Assembly (NCBI GenBank): GCA_965242865.1 | Contig: CBDETK010000013.1 | Location: 2,496,001 to 2,560,000, forward strand | Direction: 5' to 3' | DNA from: Candidatus Latescibacterota bacterium | GTDB lineage: Bacteria > Latescibacterota > UBA2968 > UBA8231 | DNA: 64,000 nucleotides | Shown: piece by piece, positions 36,373 through 46,606 of the stretch | Layout of the letters: each line of letters opens with the position of its first letter | Numbering within the stretch: the first letter of the stretch is position 1 | Translations under genes and position numbers: made by a program | The notes under the pieces: model-generated | Databases searched by the model: none | What the model saw: the letters and a program-made list of their open reading frames with translations, nothing else | Told to the model about the DNA's origin: nothing

Positions 36373-37770
36373 ATGGGTAAGACGCTGTTGCACAAGGTTT
36401 GGGACGCGCACACCGTGCGTACGCTGCCTTCCGGGCAGACGCAGTTGTTCGTTGGCCTGCATCTGGTCCACGAGGTGACCAGCCCCCAGGCCTTTGCCAT
36501 GCTGCGGGAGCGCGGCCTCACCGTCCGCTTCCCGGAGCGCACCTTTGCCACGGTGGACCACATCGTGCCCACCGATTTGACGCAGCGGCCTTTTATCGAC
36601 GACTTGGCCGAAGAAATGATGGACGCGATCGAGCAGAATGCCGCCGAGTTCGAGATTCCGCTGTTCAATATCGGCGATCAGCGCCAAGGGGTGGTCCACG
36701 TCATCGGCCCGGAGTTGGGGCTGACCCAGCCGGGCATGACCATTGCGTGCGGCGACAGCCACACTTCAACGCACGGGGCCTTTGGCGCGGTGGCCTTTGG
36801 CATTGGCACCAGCCAAGTCCGCGATGTGCTCGCCACCCAGTGCTTGGCCATGGATCCGCTCAAGGTGCGGCGGATCGAAATCAGCGGTGCGCTGAGCGAG
36901 GGGGTGTACGCCAAGGATGTCATTTTGCACCTCATCGGGCGGCTCGGGGTCAAGGGCGGCGTTGGCTATGGCTATGAGTACGGCGGCTCGGTCGTTGAGG
37001 CCATGTCCATTGAAGAGCGGATGACGGTGTGCAACATGTCGATTGAGGGCGGTGCCCGAGTCGGGTATGTCAATCCAGACCAGACGACGTACGACTATCT
37101 CAAAGGGCGGCCCCACGCGCCGAGCCACTTTGAGCCGGCGGTCGCGTGGTGGGAATCCATGGCCTCGGACGCGGACGCCGAGTACGACGACGTAGTCCAT
37201 GTAGAAGGGGCGGACATCGGCCCGACCGTGACGTGGGGTATCACCCCGGGCCAATCGGTCGGCATTGATCAAGCACTGCCCTCGCTCGCCGCTTTTACCG
37301 CCGCCGAGCGGCCTAGTGTGCAGGAGGCCTTCGCCTATATGGACTTTGAGCCGGGCCAACCGATCGCCGGCACCAAAGTCGATGTGGCCTTTATTGGCTC
37401 CTGCACCAACGGCCGGCTCTCGGACCTGCGCGAAGCGGCCCGGGTGGCCCGCGGGCGCAAGGTGGCCCCCGGCGTCCGGGCGTTGGTGGTGCCCGGGTCG
37501 CAGCGAGTCCGCGCCGAGGCTGAGGCCGAGGGGTTGCACGAGGTGTTTGCGGAGGCTGGGTTTGAGTGGCGGGGAGCTGGCTGCTCCATGTGCTTGGCAA
37601 TGAACCCCGACAAACTCCAAGGCCGCGAGCTGTGCGCTTCGTCGTCCAACCGCAATTTCAAGGGCCGACAGGGCAGCCCCACCGGCCGCACCCTGCTGAT
37701 GAGTCCGGCGATGGTCGCGGCCGCGGCCGTGGCCGGCGAAGTGGCGGATGTGCGGGCGTTGGTCGGATAG
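36373..37770 (+). CDS. leuC: 3-isopropylmalate dehydratase large subunit
   Basis: [47 protein letters not shown]. Confidence 0.97.
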   Translation: MGKTLLHKVWDAHTVRTLPSGQTQLFVGLHLVHEVTSPQAFAMLRERGLTVRFPERTFATVDHIVPTDLTQRPFIDDLAEEMMDAIEQNAAEFEIPLFNIGDQRQGVVHVIGPELGLTQPGMTIACGDSHTSTHGAFGAVAFGIGTSQVRDVLATQCLAMDPLKVRRIEISGALSEGVYAKDVILHLIGRLGVKGGVGYGYEYGGSVVEAMSIEERMTVCNMSIEGGARVGYVNPDQTTYDYLKGRPHAPSHFEPAVAWWESMASDADAEYDDVVHVEGADIGPTVTWGITPGQSVGIDQALPSLAAFTAAERPSVQEAFAYMDFEPGQPIAGTKVDVAFIGSCTNGRLSDLREAARVARGRKVAPGVRALVVPGSQRVRAEAEAEGLHEVFAEAGFEWRGAGCSMCLAMNPDKLQGRELCASSSNRNFKGRQGSPTGRTLLMSPAMVAAAAVAGEVADVRALVG

Positions 37771-37824
37771 GGGCCATTTTTGGAGCTCGTTGTATGTCGC
37801 GTGACGCAAGAGGAGATAGATTGA

Positions 37825-38076
37825 ATGAACGAATCGGCGATCCGACTACATATTGAGCCATTGGACGAGGGCGGCTTTCTTGCCACGAGTCCCGATGTCC
37901 CAGGCTTGGTTGCGGAAGGACGTAGCGTCACCGAGGCCGTCGAGATTGCACAGGGTCTCGCCCGCAAAATCGCCGAGTCGTGTATTGAACACGGCGACCC
38001 ACTTCCTCGCGCATTGGCGATTTTTCCGGGGGGTAGCACCGAAATTGAGCTGTTGATACCTGTCAGTGTGCCATAA
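37825..38076 (+). CDS. hicB: HicB-family antitoxin (short form)
   Basis: 'EGGFLATSPDVPGLVAEGRSVTEA'. Confidence 0.85.
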   Translation: MNESAIRLHIEPLDEGGFLATSPDVPGLVAEGRSVTEAVEIAQGLARKIAESCIEHGDPLPRALAIFPGGSTEIELLIPVSVP

Positions 38077-38303
38077 TGAGTCGGCTCGCCGGGTTCAAGT
38101 ATCGAGATGTTGCTCGGCGACTGCGACGTTTTGGTTATGCGTTTGACCGTCCGGGACCGGGCAGTCACGAAGTTTGGCGTCATGCACAGACGGGTCGGAA
38201 AGTTACTGTGCCTCGTCACACTAGAGATATGGCGGAAGGAACGCTTCGCGCCATTCTGCGAGAGGCCCAAATTGACGTCGACGACTTTCTCGGGGCTCGT
38301 TAG
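38076..38303 (+). CDS. hicA: HicA-family mRNA interferase toxin
   Basis: 'GSHEVW..TVPRH..GTLRAILREA'; TAATG coupling to hicB. Confidence 0.88.
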   Translation: MSRLAGFKYRDVARRLRRFGYAFDRPGPGSHEVWRHAQTGRKVTVPRHTRDMAEGTLRAILREAQIDVDDFLGAR

Positions 38304-38345
38304 ATAGTTGCGTGGACTTGTTAAAGCAATCATTAAGGGGACACC

Positions 38346-38939
38346 ATGGAAAACGCGAGTGTAATTAAGACAATAGTTGGGCGCGGCGTGGTGGTGCGCG
38401 GCGCGGACATCGACACCGACCGCATCATCCCAGCCCGCTTTTTGCGGACGGTGACCTTTGACGATTTGGGGGGCCATGCCTTTGAGGACGATCGCGCGGC
38501 AGGCGATCATCCCTTTGACCAAGCGCACTTTCAAGGGGCGTCGGTCCTGTTGGCCAACGCCAATTTCGGCTGCGGCTCTTCGCGCGAACACGCGCCGCAG
38601 GCCCTGATGCGGTGGGGCATCAAGGGCTTTGTCGCCGAGTCCTTTGCCGAGATTTTCTTTGGCAACTGCATCGCCATGGGGCTGCCCTGTGTGCGGGTGG
38701 AGGCCGAGGACATGCAGACGCTGATGGCCGCGGTCGAGCGCGACCCCGCGCAGGAAATCACCATCGATCTCGAAAGGCGGAAGGTCCGCTACACTGGCGG
38801 CGAGCAAGCAGCCGCGATCGCCGATGGCCCACGCGAGCAGTTTCTCAAGGGGAGTTGGGACTCGCTGGGCCAGCTTTTGGCCGCTGGCGACCGGATTGAG
38901 AGCACCACGCGGAAGCTGCCGTATATGGCGGGGTTCTGA
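38346..38939 (+). CDS. leuD: 3-isopropylmalate dehydratase small subunit
   Basis: DIDTDRIIPARFL, NFGCGSSREHAP, SFAEIFFGN. Confidence 0.97.
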   Translation: MENASVIKTIVGRGVVVRGADIDTDRIIPARFLRTVTFDDLGGHAFEDDRAAGDHPFDQAHFQGASVLLANANFGCGSSREHAPQALMRWGIKGFVAESFAEIFFGNCIAMGLPCVRVEAEDMQTLMAAVERDPAQEITIDLERRKVRYTGGEQAAAIADGPREQFLKGSWDSLGQLLAAGDRIESTTRKLPYMAGF

Positions 38940-38952
38940 GGGAGCCGATGAG

Positions 38953-39186
38953 ATGGGATTCATCAAAGTAAATGGACGGAAAATTGCCAACCCATTCGCC
39001 CGGGTGCTGATACCGACGACCGCTTTGCTGGTTTTGGCTTTTGCCGTGGCGGTCGTTATCTGCGCCATTCTAATCGCGACCGGGTTGGTGTTCGCGGTGT
39101 TGATCCTCACGGTTGGCGCGATGTTGCTATACGCCGCGGTTCGAGTCGTGGTCACAGGATGGCACTATTTTGCCAAAAGGAGATAA
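38953..39186 (+). CDS. Small hypothetical membrane protein
   Basis: 77-aa hydrophobic ORF (MGFIKVNGRKIANPF...) filling the leuD-leuB gap, with an RBS-like GGAG upstream. Confidence 0.55.
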   Translation: MGFIKVNGRKIANPFARVLIPTTALLVLAFAVAVVICAILIATGLVFAVLILTVGAMLLYAAVRVVVTGWHYFAKRR

Positions 39187-39190
39187 ATAA

Positions 39191-40249
39191 TTGCACAAAA
39201 TCGCCGTAGTACCCGGAGATGGAACCGGCCCCGAAGTCGTGTCCGAGGGGCTGAAGGCCCTCGACGCCGTTGCTCGCAAGATGAGCTTCCAGTACGAAAC
39301 CGCAGAGTTTGACTTTGGCGGCGACCGCTACCTGCGCACCGGCGAGCTTTTGCCGGACTCGGCGGTCGACGAGTTTCAGCAGTTCGACGCTATTTACTTG
39401 GGGGCCATCGGCCACCCGGACGTGAAGCCCGGCCCCCTCGAAAAGGGCATCCTGTTAAAGCTGCGCTTTGAGCTCGACCAGTACATCAACCTGCGCCCGG
39501 TCAAGCTCTACCCCAATGTGCCGACGCCGATTAAGGACAAGGGGCCGGCCGACATCGACTTTGTGGTGGTGCGCGAAAACACCGAGGGGATTTACACCGG
39601 GGCCGGCGGCTTCTTCAAGAAGGGGACGCCCGACGAAATCGCGGTGCAGGAATCGATCAACACGCGCAAGGGCGTCGAGCGCTGTCTGCGCTACGCCTTT
39701 GAATACACCGAGCGGCGCGACAAGGACAACACCTTGACGCTGTGCGGCAAGACCAACGTGCTAACCTATGCCTTCGACCTGTGGGAGCGGGCGTTCCACG
39801 AAATCGGCGCGGCCGACTATCCCGCCATCAAGCGCGACTACGCCCACGTGGATGCGATCTGCATGTGGATGATCAAAAATCCCGAGTGGTTCGACGTGGT
39901 GGTCACCGACAACATCTTCGGCGACATCATCACCGATTTGGGCGCGATGATCCAAGGCGGGATGGGCATTGCCGCTGGTGGCAACATCAACCCCGAGGGC
40001 GTGTCCATGTTTGAGCCAATCGGCGGCTCGGCCCCCAAGTACACCGGCCAGAACATCATCAACCCGCTGGCCGCCATCGCCGCCTGCCAGCTCATGCTCG
40101 ACACGCTGGGCGAGCGCGAGGGTGCCAGCCTTTTGGAGGGGGCCATCGTCTCGACGCTGGCCAAGCTCGACGATTTAGGGGCGGGCAGGATGGGGTATTC
40201 CACCGCGGAAGTAGGCGATCTAGTGGCGCAGGCCGTGGCGGACGCCTAG
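39191..40249 (+). CDS. leuB: 3-isopropylmalate dehydrogenase
   Basis: PGDGTGPEV, NLRP, VRENTEG, DNIFGDIITD, FEPIGGSAP; operon context. Confidence 0.93.
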   Translation: MHKIAVVPGDGTGPEVVSEGLKALDAVARKMSFQYETAEFDFGGDRYLRTGELLPDSAVDEFQQFDAIYLGAIGHPDVKPGPLEKGILLKLRFELDQYINLRPVKLYPNVPTPIKDKGPADIDFVVVRENTEGIYTGAGGFFKKGTPDEIAVQESINTRKGVERCLRYAFEYTERRDKDNTLTLCGKTNVLTYAFDLWERAFHEIGAADYPAIKRDYAHVDAICMWMIKNPEWFDVVVTDNIFGDIITDLGAMIQGGMGIAAGGNINPEGVSMFEPIGGSAPKYTGQNIINPLAAIAACQLMLDTLGEREGASLLEGAIVSTLAKLDDLGAGRMGYSTAEVGDLVAQAVADA

Positions 40250-40253
40250 GGCC

Positions 40254-41852
40254 ATGGAGGAGCGCGACGCCATGCACATCGAAGTCTATGACTCCACCCT
40301 GCGAGACGGCGCCCAAGCCGAGGGCATTTCCTATTCGCTAGAGGACAAGCTGCTCATCGCTCGGCGGCTCGACGCGCTCGGGGTCGATTATATCGAGGGA
40401 GGCTGGCCCAATCCCACCAACCCCAAGGATCTGGCCTTTTTTCAGGAAGTCGAAAAGCTGGGCTTGAAGGCGCGGGTGACCGCATTTGGCAGCACGCGCC
40501 GGGCCGGCGTGGCCCCGGAGGAGGACGCAACCCTGAACACGCTCCTCAAGGCCGAGACCAGCAGCGTCTGCATTTTTGGCAAGAGCTGGACTTTGCACGT
40601 CGTCGAGGCCCTCAAGACGACGCTCGAAGAAAATCTGCGGCTGATCGAAGACTCAGTGGGCCACCTTGTGGCGCACGGTCGCGAGGTGATCTACGACGCC
40701 GAGCACTTCTTTGACGGGTACTGCGACGACCCAGACTACGCGATCGCCACGCTGCGCGCGGCCGAGCGCGGTGGGGCGCGGATTTTGGTCCTCTGCGACA
40801 CCAACGGCGGCACCTTGACCAGCGAGCTGGGCCGCATCGTCGCCGCGACTCGGGGCGCGGTGGGGCTACCGTTGGGCATTCACACCCACAACGATGCCGG
40901 CATGGCCGAGGCCAACACCGTGGCGGCTGTTGAGCAGGGGGCTGTCCAGATACAGGGCACGTTCAATGGGTATGGCGAGCGTTGCGGCAACGCCAACCTG
41001 TGTACGGTGATCCCGACTGTGGAGCTCAAGCTCGGCAAGCACCTGATCGGCCGCGAGCACTTGGCGGAGCTGATGGATTTCTCCCGCTTCTTGAGCGAGA
41101 TCGCCAACGTGTACCACGACCACCGCCAGCCTTATGTCGGCGAGAGCGCGTTCGCCCACAAGGGGGGCGTACATATCGACGCCATGACCAAGAACCCGCG
41201 CTGCTACGAACACATCGATCCCCAAGCCACGGGCAACGAGCGGCGGTTCTTGGTTTCAGACCAAGCGGGCGGGGCGACGATCGTCAGCAAGCTCCAGCGA
41301 TTTTTGCCCGACCTAGAGAAAAGGGATCCGCTGGTGGGGCAGGTCTTGGAGCGGGTCAAGCAGTTGGAACACGAGGGCTATCAGTTCGAGGCGGCCGAGG
41401 GGTCGTTTGAGCTGCTGGCGCGCCGGGTTCAGGGCACGTACGAGGACTTATTCTCGCTGATCCACTTCCGCACGATCAACCGCAGGACCGGAGCGCACGC
41501 CGAAGAAGCCGAGGCCATTGTCAAGGTCGCCATCGGCGATGCAGAGTACCATACGGTCGCGGGCGGCGATGGCCCGGTCAACGCGCTCGACCAAGCGCTG
41601 CGCAAGGCACTGGAGCAGAAGTTCCCCGCGCTCGAGCAGGTGCATTTGGAGGACTACAAGGTGCGGGTGTTGTCGAGCGGGGACGGGACCGCGGCCAAGG
41701 TGCGGGTGTTGATCGAGTCCTCGGACGGCAAGGATGTGTGGGGGACGGTGGGGGTTTCGGAGAATGTGATCGAGGCGAGCTGGACGGCGCTGGCCGATAG
41801 TTTTCACTACAAGTTGATGAAAGATGCGTTAGCGGGGGTGCCTTCGCGCTGA
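40254..41852 (+). CDS. cimA: Citramalate synthase
   Basis: YDSTLRDGAQ, EGGWP, FGKSW, YDAEHFFDG, AHKGGVH, FEAAEGSFEL, WGTVGVSENVIEAS. Confidence 0.92.
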   Translation: MEERDAMHIEVYDSTLRDGAQAEGISYSLEDKLLIARRLDALGVDYIEGGWPNPTNPKDLAFFQEVEKLGLKARVTAFGSTRRAGVAPEEDATLNTLLKAETSSVCIFGKSWTLHVVEALKTTLEENLRLIEDSVGHLVAHGREVIYDAEHFFDGYCDDPDYAIATLRAAERGGARILVLCDTNGGTLTSELGRIVAATRGAVGLPLGIHTHNDAGMAEANTVAAVEQGAVQIQGTFNGYGERCGNANLCTVIPTVELKLGKHLIGREHLAELMDFSRFLSEIANVYHDHRQPYVGESAFAHKGGVHIDAMTKNPRCYEHIDPQATGNERRFLVSDQAGGATIVSKLQRFLPDLEKRDPLVGQVLERVKQLEHEGYQFEAAEGSFELLARRVQGTYEDLFSLIHFRTINRRTGAHAEEAEAIVKVAIGDAEYHTVAGGDGPVNALDQALRKALEQKFPALEQVHLEDYKVRVLSSGDGTAAKVRVLIESSDGKDVWGTVGVSENVIEASWTALADSFHYKLMKDALAGVPSR

Positions 41853-41897
41853 ACGCACCGGCCGAGCCAGTACCGGAAATACGCAAAAGACGAGCGA

Positions 41898-43439
41898 ATG
41901 TTGAGTCCGCAACCCACCTCTGTTCAATACAACGATTGGCGTCAGGTCGAAGTAGAGCCGCTGGAGACGTTCGCGCCCACCCTGCCGGTCAGCGTGATCA
42001 TCGCGTCCTACCAAACGCCGGCCGAGACGCTGGCGAGGACCTTGGCGGCACTCGAAGGCCAGACCTATCCGCGGGAGCTGTTTGAGGTGATAATCGTGGA
42101 CGACGGGTCTGAGCCGCCGTTGGAGCGGCCCTCCGCGACACAGTTGGACGTCAAAGTGGTGCGCCAAGAGCACTGCGGGTTCGGGCTGGCCCGGGCGCGA
42201 AACAACGGTGCCCGGGCCGCGGCCCACGACCTCTTGCTCTTCCTCGATAGCGACATACTTACCGAGGCGGGCTGGATGATGGCGCACGCCCGGTGGCTCC
42301 ACACCGTAGCCGACGCCCTGACTGCGGGATCGGTCGCTCACGTGGCGATAGACGGCATCAGTGCGGAGACGATTCGGCAGCGGCCGGGGTCGTTGGACGG
42401 GTTGCTTGCGGACCGGCCAGCCGACCCGCCCTTGGCCGCCGGCCTCATGGCCAGAACCAACGATCTGACGTCGCGGGCCGACGACCTGTTTCGGGCGATA
42501 GCCTGCGGAAACTTTGGAATCGGCAAGGATTTCTACTGGTCGGTAGGTGGGTTCGACGAATCGTTCACCCGGTATGGAGCGGAGGACACCGAGTTCATCT
42601 ACCGGGCTTATACCCGCGGGGGCCTGCTGGTGCCGGTGCGGGGTGCCTTCGCTTGGCACCAGGGCCGCCGGAGTGAGAACAAAGACGCCAAGGATCGAAG
42701 TCGTCGGCTCCAGCGCGGGAAAGCAGCGCATCTGATCGCCCACCCTAGCTACCGCGGCAACAGCCTCGGCCGCATCTTCACGGTCCCCCAGTATGTGGTG
42801 ACCATGGACGGGTGCCATCGCCGGACCGACCAGATCATCCGAGCGGTCGTGAGTCTGCTGGCCGACCGAGTGCATGACTTGGTGGTCAGAATCGAAACGG
42901 ACGCGAGCGGCGATGACGAGCGGCTTCAGCGGCTTCAGGAGGAGTTCGGGCCGGACCCGCGAGTGCGCGTCGCTCCCGCCCGTTCCGCCCTCGACGAGTT
43001 TCCAGAGTCGCCGTTCTACGTCGCGCTTCCCGCCGCCGCGTTCGCCCCGGGCTTGGTGCATCGCTTGCGCGTCCGGCTGCAAGACGCGGTGCTCGCCACC
43101 TCCGAGCTCCCCGACGGGAGCGCGGTGTCCATCGCCCGCTCCTGGGCACTCCACCGGGCGCGTCGCACCGGGAAAAGCCCGGCCGACTTAGGAGAGGTGC
43201 GCACGATACCCGCCGAGGTGCTGAGACTCAAGGCCGCGGGCGACGCGGAGTGCGCCGCGACCGTGGAGCCCGTTGACTATCCCACCAACAGGGAGCGCCT
43301 GCGCGACCAGATGCGGGCCCTCTGCTGTTTTAGGGGGACTTGGTCGTTCTGCAAGTGGATGATCGGCATGGTCTGGTGGCGAGTTCTCAACAAGTGGCAG
43401 GCCGTTCGTTGGCGTCTCCGGCGGGTGACCCGGAATTAG
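41898..43439 (+). CDS. Family 2 glycosyltransferase (paralogue 1)
   Basis: VSVII, IVDDGS, ARNNG, FLDSD, GGFDESF..YGAED. Confidence 0.88.
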   Translation: MLSPQPTSVQYNDWRQVEVEPLETFAPTLPVSVIIASYQTPAETLARTLAALEGQTYPRELFEVIIVDDGSEPPLERPSATQLDVKVVRQEHCGFGLARARNNGARAAAHDLLLFLDSDILTEAGWMMAHARWLHTVADALTAGSVAHVAIDGISAETIRQRPGSLDGLLADRPADPPLAAGLMARTNDLTSRADDLFRAIACGNFGIGKDFYWSVGGFDESFTRYGAEDTEFIYRAYTRGGLLVPVRGAFAWHQGRRSENKDAKDRSRRLQRGKAAHLIAHPSYRGNSLGRIFTVPQYVVTMDGCHRRTDQIIRAVVSLLADRVHDLVVRIETDASGDDERLQRLQEEFGPDPRVRVAPARSALDEFPESPFYVALPAAAFAPGLVHRLRVRLQDAVLATSELPDGSAVSIARSWALHRARRTGKSPADLGEVRTIPAEVLRLKAAGDAECAATVEPVDYPTNRERLRDQMRALCCFRGTWSFCKWMIGMVWWRVLNKWQAVRWRLRRVTRN

Positions 43440-43443
43440 TGCA

Positions 43444-44949
43444 TTGAGTCCGCAACCGAACTCAGTCTGGTACAACAACTGGTGCGAGGTGTCGGCCGCG
43501 TCGGCCAACACGTTCACGCCCACCCTACCCGTCAGCGTTATCGTCTCGTACTACGATGCCCCGAAAGCGCTGGCACTGACGCTGGCATCCCTTGAAAGAC
43601 AGACTTACCCGCGCCATCTCTTTGAGGTGGTCGTCGTGGACGACGGTTCGCCCACGCCGTTGGCACCGCCTTGCTCGACGCCCCTCGACGTCAAGGTGGT
43701 GCATCAAGAGGACCGCGGCTTCGGGCTAGCGCGGGGTCGGAACACCGGGGTTCGGGCGGCCGCGCACGACATCCTGCTCTTTCTCGATGGCGACTTACTT
43801 GCCGAAGCCGGCTGGATAAAGGCCCACGCCCGGTGGCACCACGCCGTATCCGACGCCCTGACCATAGGCTTTCACGCCAACGTGGCGGTGGACGGTATCG
43901 ACGCGGAGACCATCCGGCGGCGGAGCGGATCGCTTGAGGAGCTATTCGCCGGCCGACCGACTGAGCCGTCGTGGGTAGAACGCCAGATGAGAATGACCAA
44001 CGATTTGACGTCGCGGGACGACGACCTGTTCAGAATGGTGGGCGGGGGAAACTGCGGGGTCAGCAGGGCTTTCTACGAGTTCGTGGGCGGGTATGACGAG
44101 TCCTTCACGGGATGGGGAGCAGAGGATGTGGAGTTCGCCTACCGGGCCTACACCCGAGGCGGGTTGCTGGTGCCGGTCCGGGACGCCTTCGCATGGCACC
44201 AAGGTCTCCAGAAGGAAGGCTGGGCGGCCAAGTGGAAGCGGGGCGAACCCCAGCACGCCAAGGCCGCCCATCTGATTGCCCACCGCCGGTTCCGCTACGC
44301 CTCGCCGGGCCGAACCTTTGCGGTGCCCCAGTACGTAGTGACCATCGAGCGAGAGCGGGAAGGGTTGCCAGCCGACCGGCTCTTTGAGGCCGCGGTGAAA
44401 ATTTTGGCCGACCGGGAGCACGACTTGGTGGTGAGAGTAGAGATACAGGAGGGCGACGATGGCTTTGAGTGGCTCCGGCAACAGTTCGGGCCGGACCCAC
44501 GGGTGCGCGTCGGGCCAGCGGCGTCGAGCCTCGACGAATTTTCGGTGGCTTCGTTCCACATCGCGCTCCCCGCCTCTGTCCCGTTCGCCGTCAACTTGGT
44601 GTATCGCCTGCGCGAAGCATTGGGAGACGCGGTGATCGCCCGTTCAACCCTCCCCGACGGCCGGACGGTGTCGATCGCCCGAGCGTGGGCACTCCATCGG
44701 GCGCGTCGCACCGGGAAGAGCCTGGCCGACTTTGGCGACGCGGTGACGGTTTCCCCTAAGAAGGTGGGGCTTGGGGTTCGCAGCCGGGGTGGCGTTAGCG
44801 GCAAAGCGGTGCGGACGACGTTTTGGAACGGTCCCTCAAAGCTGACATGGCTGCGCGTTGAGGCGCGGAGCATAGACAGCCCGGCGCGGGCGTGGTGGTT
44901 CTTGAAGTGGCTGGTGCGCGGCTTAGTGCGCTGGGGCCGCCGTACTTAG
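43444..44949 (+). CDS. Family 2 glycosyltransferase (paralogue 2)
   Basis: Same motifs (FLDGD, WGAED); similar to 41898-43439 along its length. Confidence 0.88.
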   Translation: MSPQPNSVWYNNWCEVSAASANTFTPTLPVSVIVSYYDAPKALALTLASLERQTYPRHLFEVVVVDDGSPTPLAPPCSTPLDVKVVHQEDRGFGLARGRNTGVRAAAHDILLFLDGDLLAEAGWIKAHARWHHAVSDALTIGFHANVAVDGIDAETIRRRSGSLEELFAGRPTEPSWVERQMRMTNDLTSRDDDLFRMVGGGNCGVSRAFYEFVGGYDESFTGWGAEDVEFAYRAYTRGGLLVPVRDAFAWHQGLQKEGWAAKWKRGEPQHAKAAHLIAHRRFRYASPGRTFAVPQYVVTIEREREGLPADRLFEAAVKILADREHDLVVRVEIQEGDDGFEWLRQQFGPDPRVRVGPAASSLDEFSVASFHIALPASVPFAVNLVYRLREALGDAVIARSTLPDGRTVSIARAWALHRARRTGKSLADFGDAVTVSPKKVGLGVRSRGGVSGKAVRTTFWNGPSKLTWLRVEARSIDSPARAWWFLKWLVRGLVRWGRRT

Positions 44950-44990
44950 TGTGCGACAACAATCGCAGTTATTTCACAAGCGGCTGCTTT

Positions 44991-46361
44991 ATGCGGTTCT
45001 TAGACCGGGTACGGGCCATCCAACGCTCCGGCGGAGCATCGTCGTTCCTGCGATGGGTGAACGTCGTTTTGCGGCGGGAGACCAACAAGCGGCGGGTGGC
45101 TTGGTGGCATCTCCAAAGCGCGTTGCGGAGCCGCTGGATACGCGCTCAGTCGCGGCCGGCGAGTCGGACGCCGGAAGAATCGGTTCCCGCCTTTGACCTC
45201 GGTGGGTACAACCCGATTGGCTGGCGACGCGACGCAGGGAGCGAAGTGGTGGCGTTGGGACCGCTCGCGCTGCTGCCGCCCAACGTTGAGGTCCAGCGCG
45301 TCGTTCACGGGCGCGACCTGCGCCGGCTGCGCCGAATCCATCACCTCGAAGACACCGCGGCGTTCCATTCCGACCCGGTTGCGCGGGCGGGCACTTTGGC
45401 TCGCTTGGCCGCGTGGGGCTTGGTGGTACATCTGGCGGATGGCGACCAGCGGCTTCGTCCGTTGCTCGGCGACAGCTTCTATGGGCTGGCAACCGCAAAC
45501 GCACGCGGACTCGACGCCGACGCCCGAGAGTTGCTCAGCGTCGGGCTGCGCCGCGCCGCTTTGCGGGAGCATTCGTCGTGGGCCTGCGCTCGGCGACTGG
45601 GCCGGGAGGAGCTGCCCTTGGTGTCCATCCTGCTGGCAACCAAGCGCCCGGCGTTTTTGCCGTGGGCCCTTGCCAACGCGGCGCGACAAACCTATCCAAG
45701 AGTGGAGTTGATCTTAGTGCTGCACGGCGAGGGCTTTGCCGGCGTTGAGCGGCGGGTTGCCGAATTGCCGCTCCCGGCAAAGGTGCTGCGGATGTCCGCC
45801 AGCGAGCCTCTCGGCACGGTGCTCAACGCCGCGACTGCGGCCGCGAGCGGGATGCTGCTGACCAAAATGGACGACGACGACGCGTACGGCACCGACCACC
45901 TGTGGGACTTGGTGCTGGCGCGGGAGTATTCGGGGGCGCAACTGGTGGGCAAGTGGCTGGAGTTCGTCCATCTGGCCGCGGCGAACCGCACCATTCGCTG
46001 GTTCAACGGGTGCGGCGAGCGCTACCAGACATCGGCCTTGGCCGGGGGGACCCTGCTCATTTCTCGCCGCGATTTGGACGGCGTCGGCGGTTGGCGAAAG
46101 GTGCCGAGCGGCGTCGATACGGCACTGGCCGAGGATGTCCTTCAAGCCGGCGGGCGCGTTTACCGCACCCACGCGACTGGCTTCATGCTGGTTCGGCACG
46201 GCTGCCGCCATACTTGGAACGATCCCGACGGGGCCGACGACGCCCTGCTCGCCAAGGCCGACCGCGTCTGGTGCGGCTTTCAACCGGCCCGGGCTGGCAT
46301 TGAAGAGCTGAACCTCGGGCATCCGGTCTTGGCCGGCGCGGTGCGCTCGCCTTTATTGTGA
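44991..46361 (+). CDS. Glycosyltransferase family A protein
   Basis: 'VSILLATKRP', 'KMDDDDAYG', 'GVDT'; start ATG 44991. Confidence 0.75.
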   Translation: MRFLDRVRAIQRSGGASSFLRWVNVVLRRETNKRRVAWWHLQSALRSRWIRAQSRPASRTPEESVPAFDLGGYNPIGWRRDAGSEVVALGPLALLPPNVEVQRVVHGRDLRRLRRIHHLEDTAAFHSDPVARAGTLARLAAWGLVVHLADGDQRLRPLLGDSFYGLATANARGLDADARELLSVGLRRAALREHSSWACARRLGREELPLVSILLATKRPAFLPWALANAARQTYPRVELILVLHGEGFAGVERRVAELPLPAKVLRMSASEPLGTVLNAATAAASGMLLTKMDDDDAYGTDHLWDLVLAREYSGAQLVGKWLEFVHLAAANRTIRWFNGCGERYQTSALAGGTLLISRRDLDGVGGWRKVPSGVDTALAEDVLQAGGRVYRTHATGFMLVRHGCRHTWNDPDGADDALLAKADRVWCGFQPARAGIEELNLGHPVLAGAVRSPLL

Positions 46362-46606
46362 GGAGCTAAGTACGCGACAGTAACGACCAGCCTTCCAATG
46401 GATCGAGGGCGGGACGCCTTCGATCCCGGATTCAGCGGAAATCGCAGAAAAGGCGGACTTAACGCAGGGGTCGTGTACCTAAGTGAGGAGTTGCATCGGG
46501 CGGGCTGTTGAGCAGTACGATTCCCAAGAGCCGCCCGGCCCTTGCATCTCGATTGAGTACTAGGAAGCGTTCTTGTGCGTGCCGCGGAAGCAGCCGCCAT
46601 GCTGAT

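Noticed and set aside
37335-39155. 606-aa antisense ORF, and many other long shadow ORFs
   Set aside because: They overlap well-supported genes on the opposite strand, as expected in high-GC DNA, and carry no motifs
46564-46574. GAAGCGTTCTT matching the MITE end
   Set aside because: Solo match with no partner TIR, TTA flank or internal similarity; probably chance
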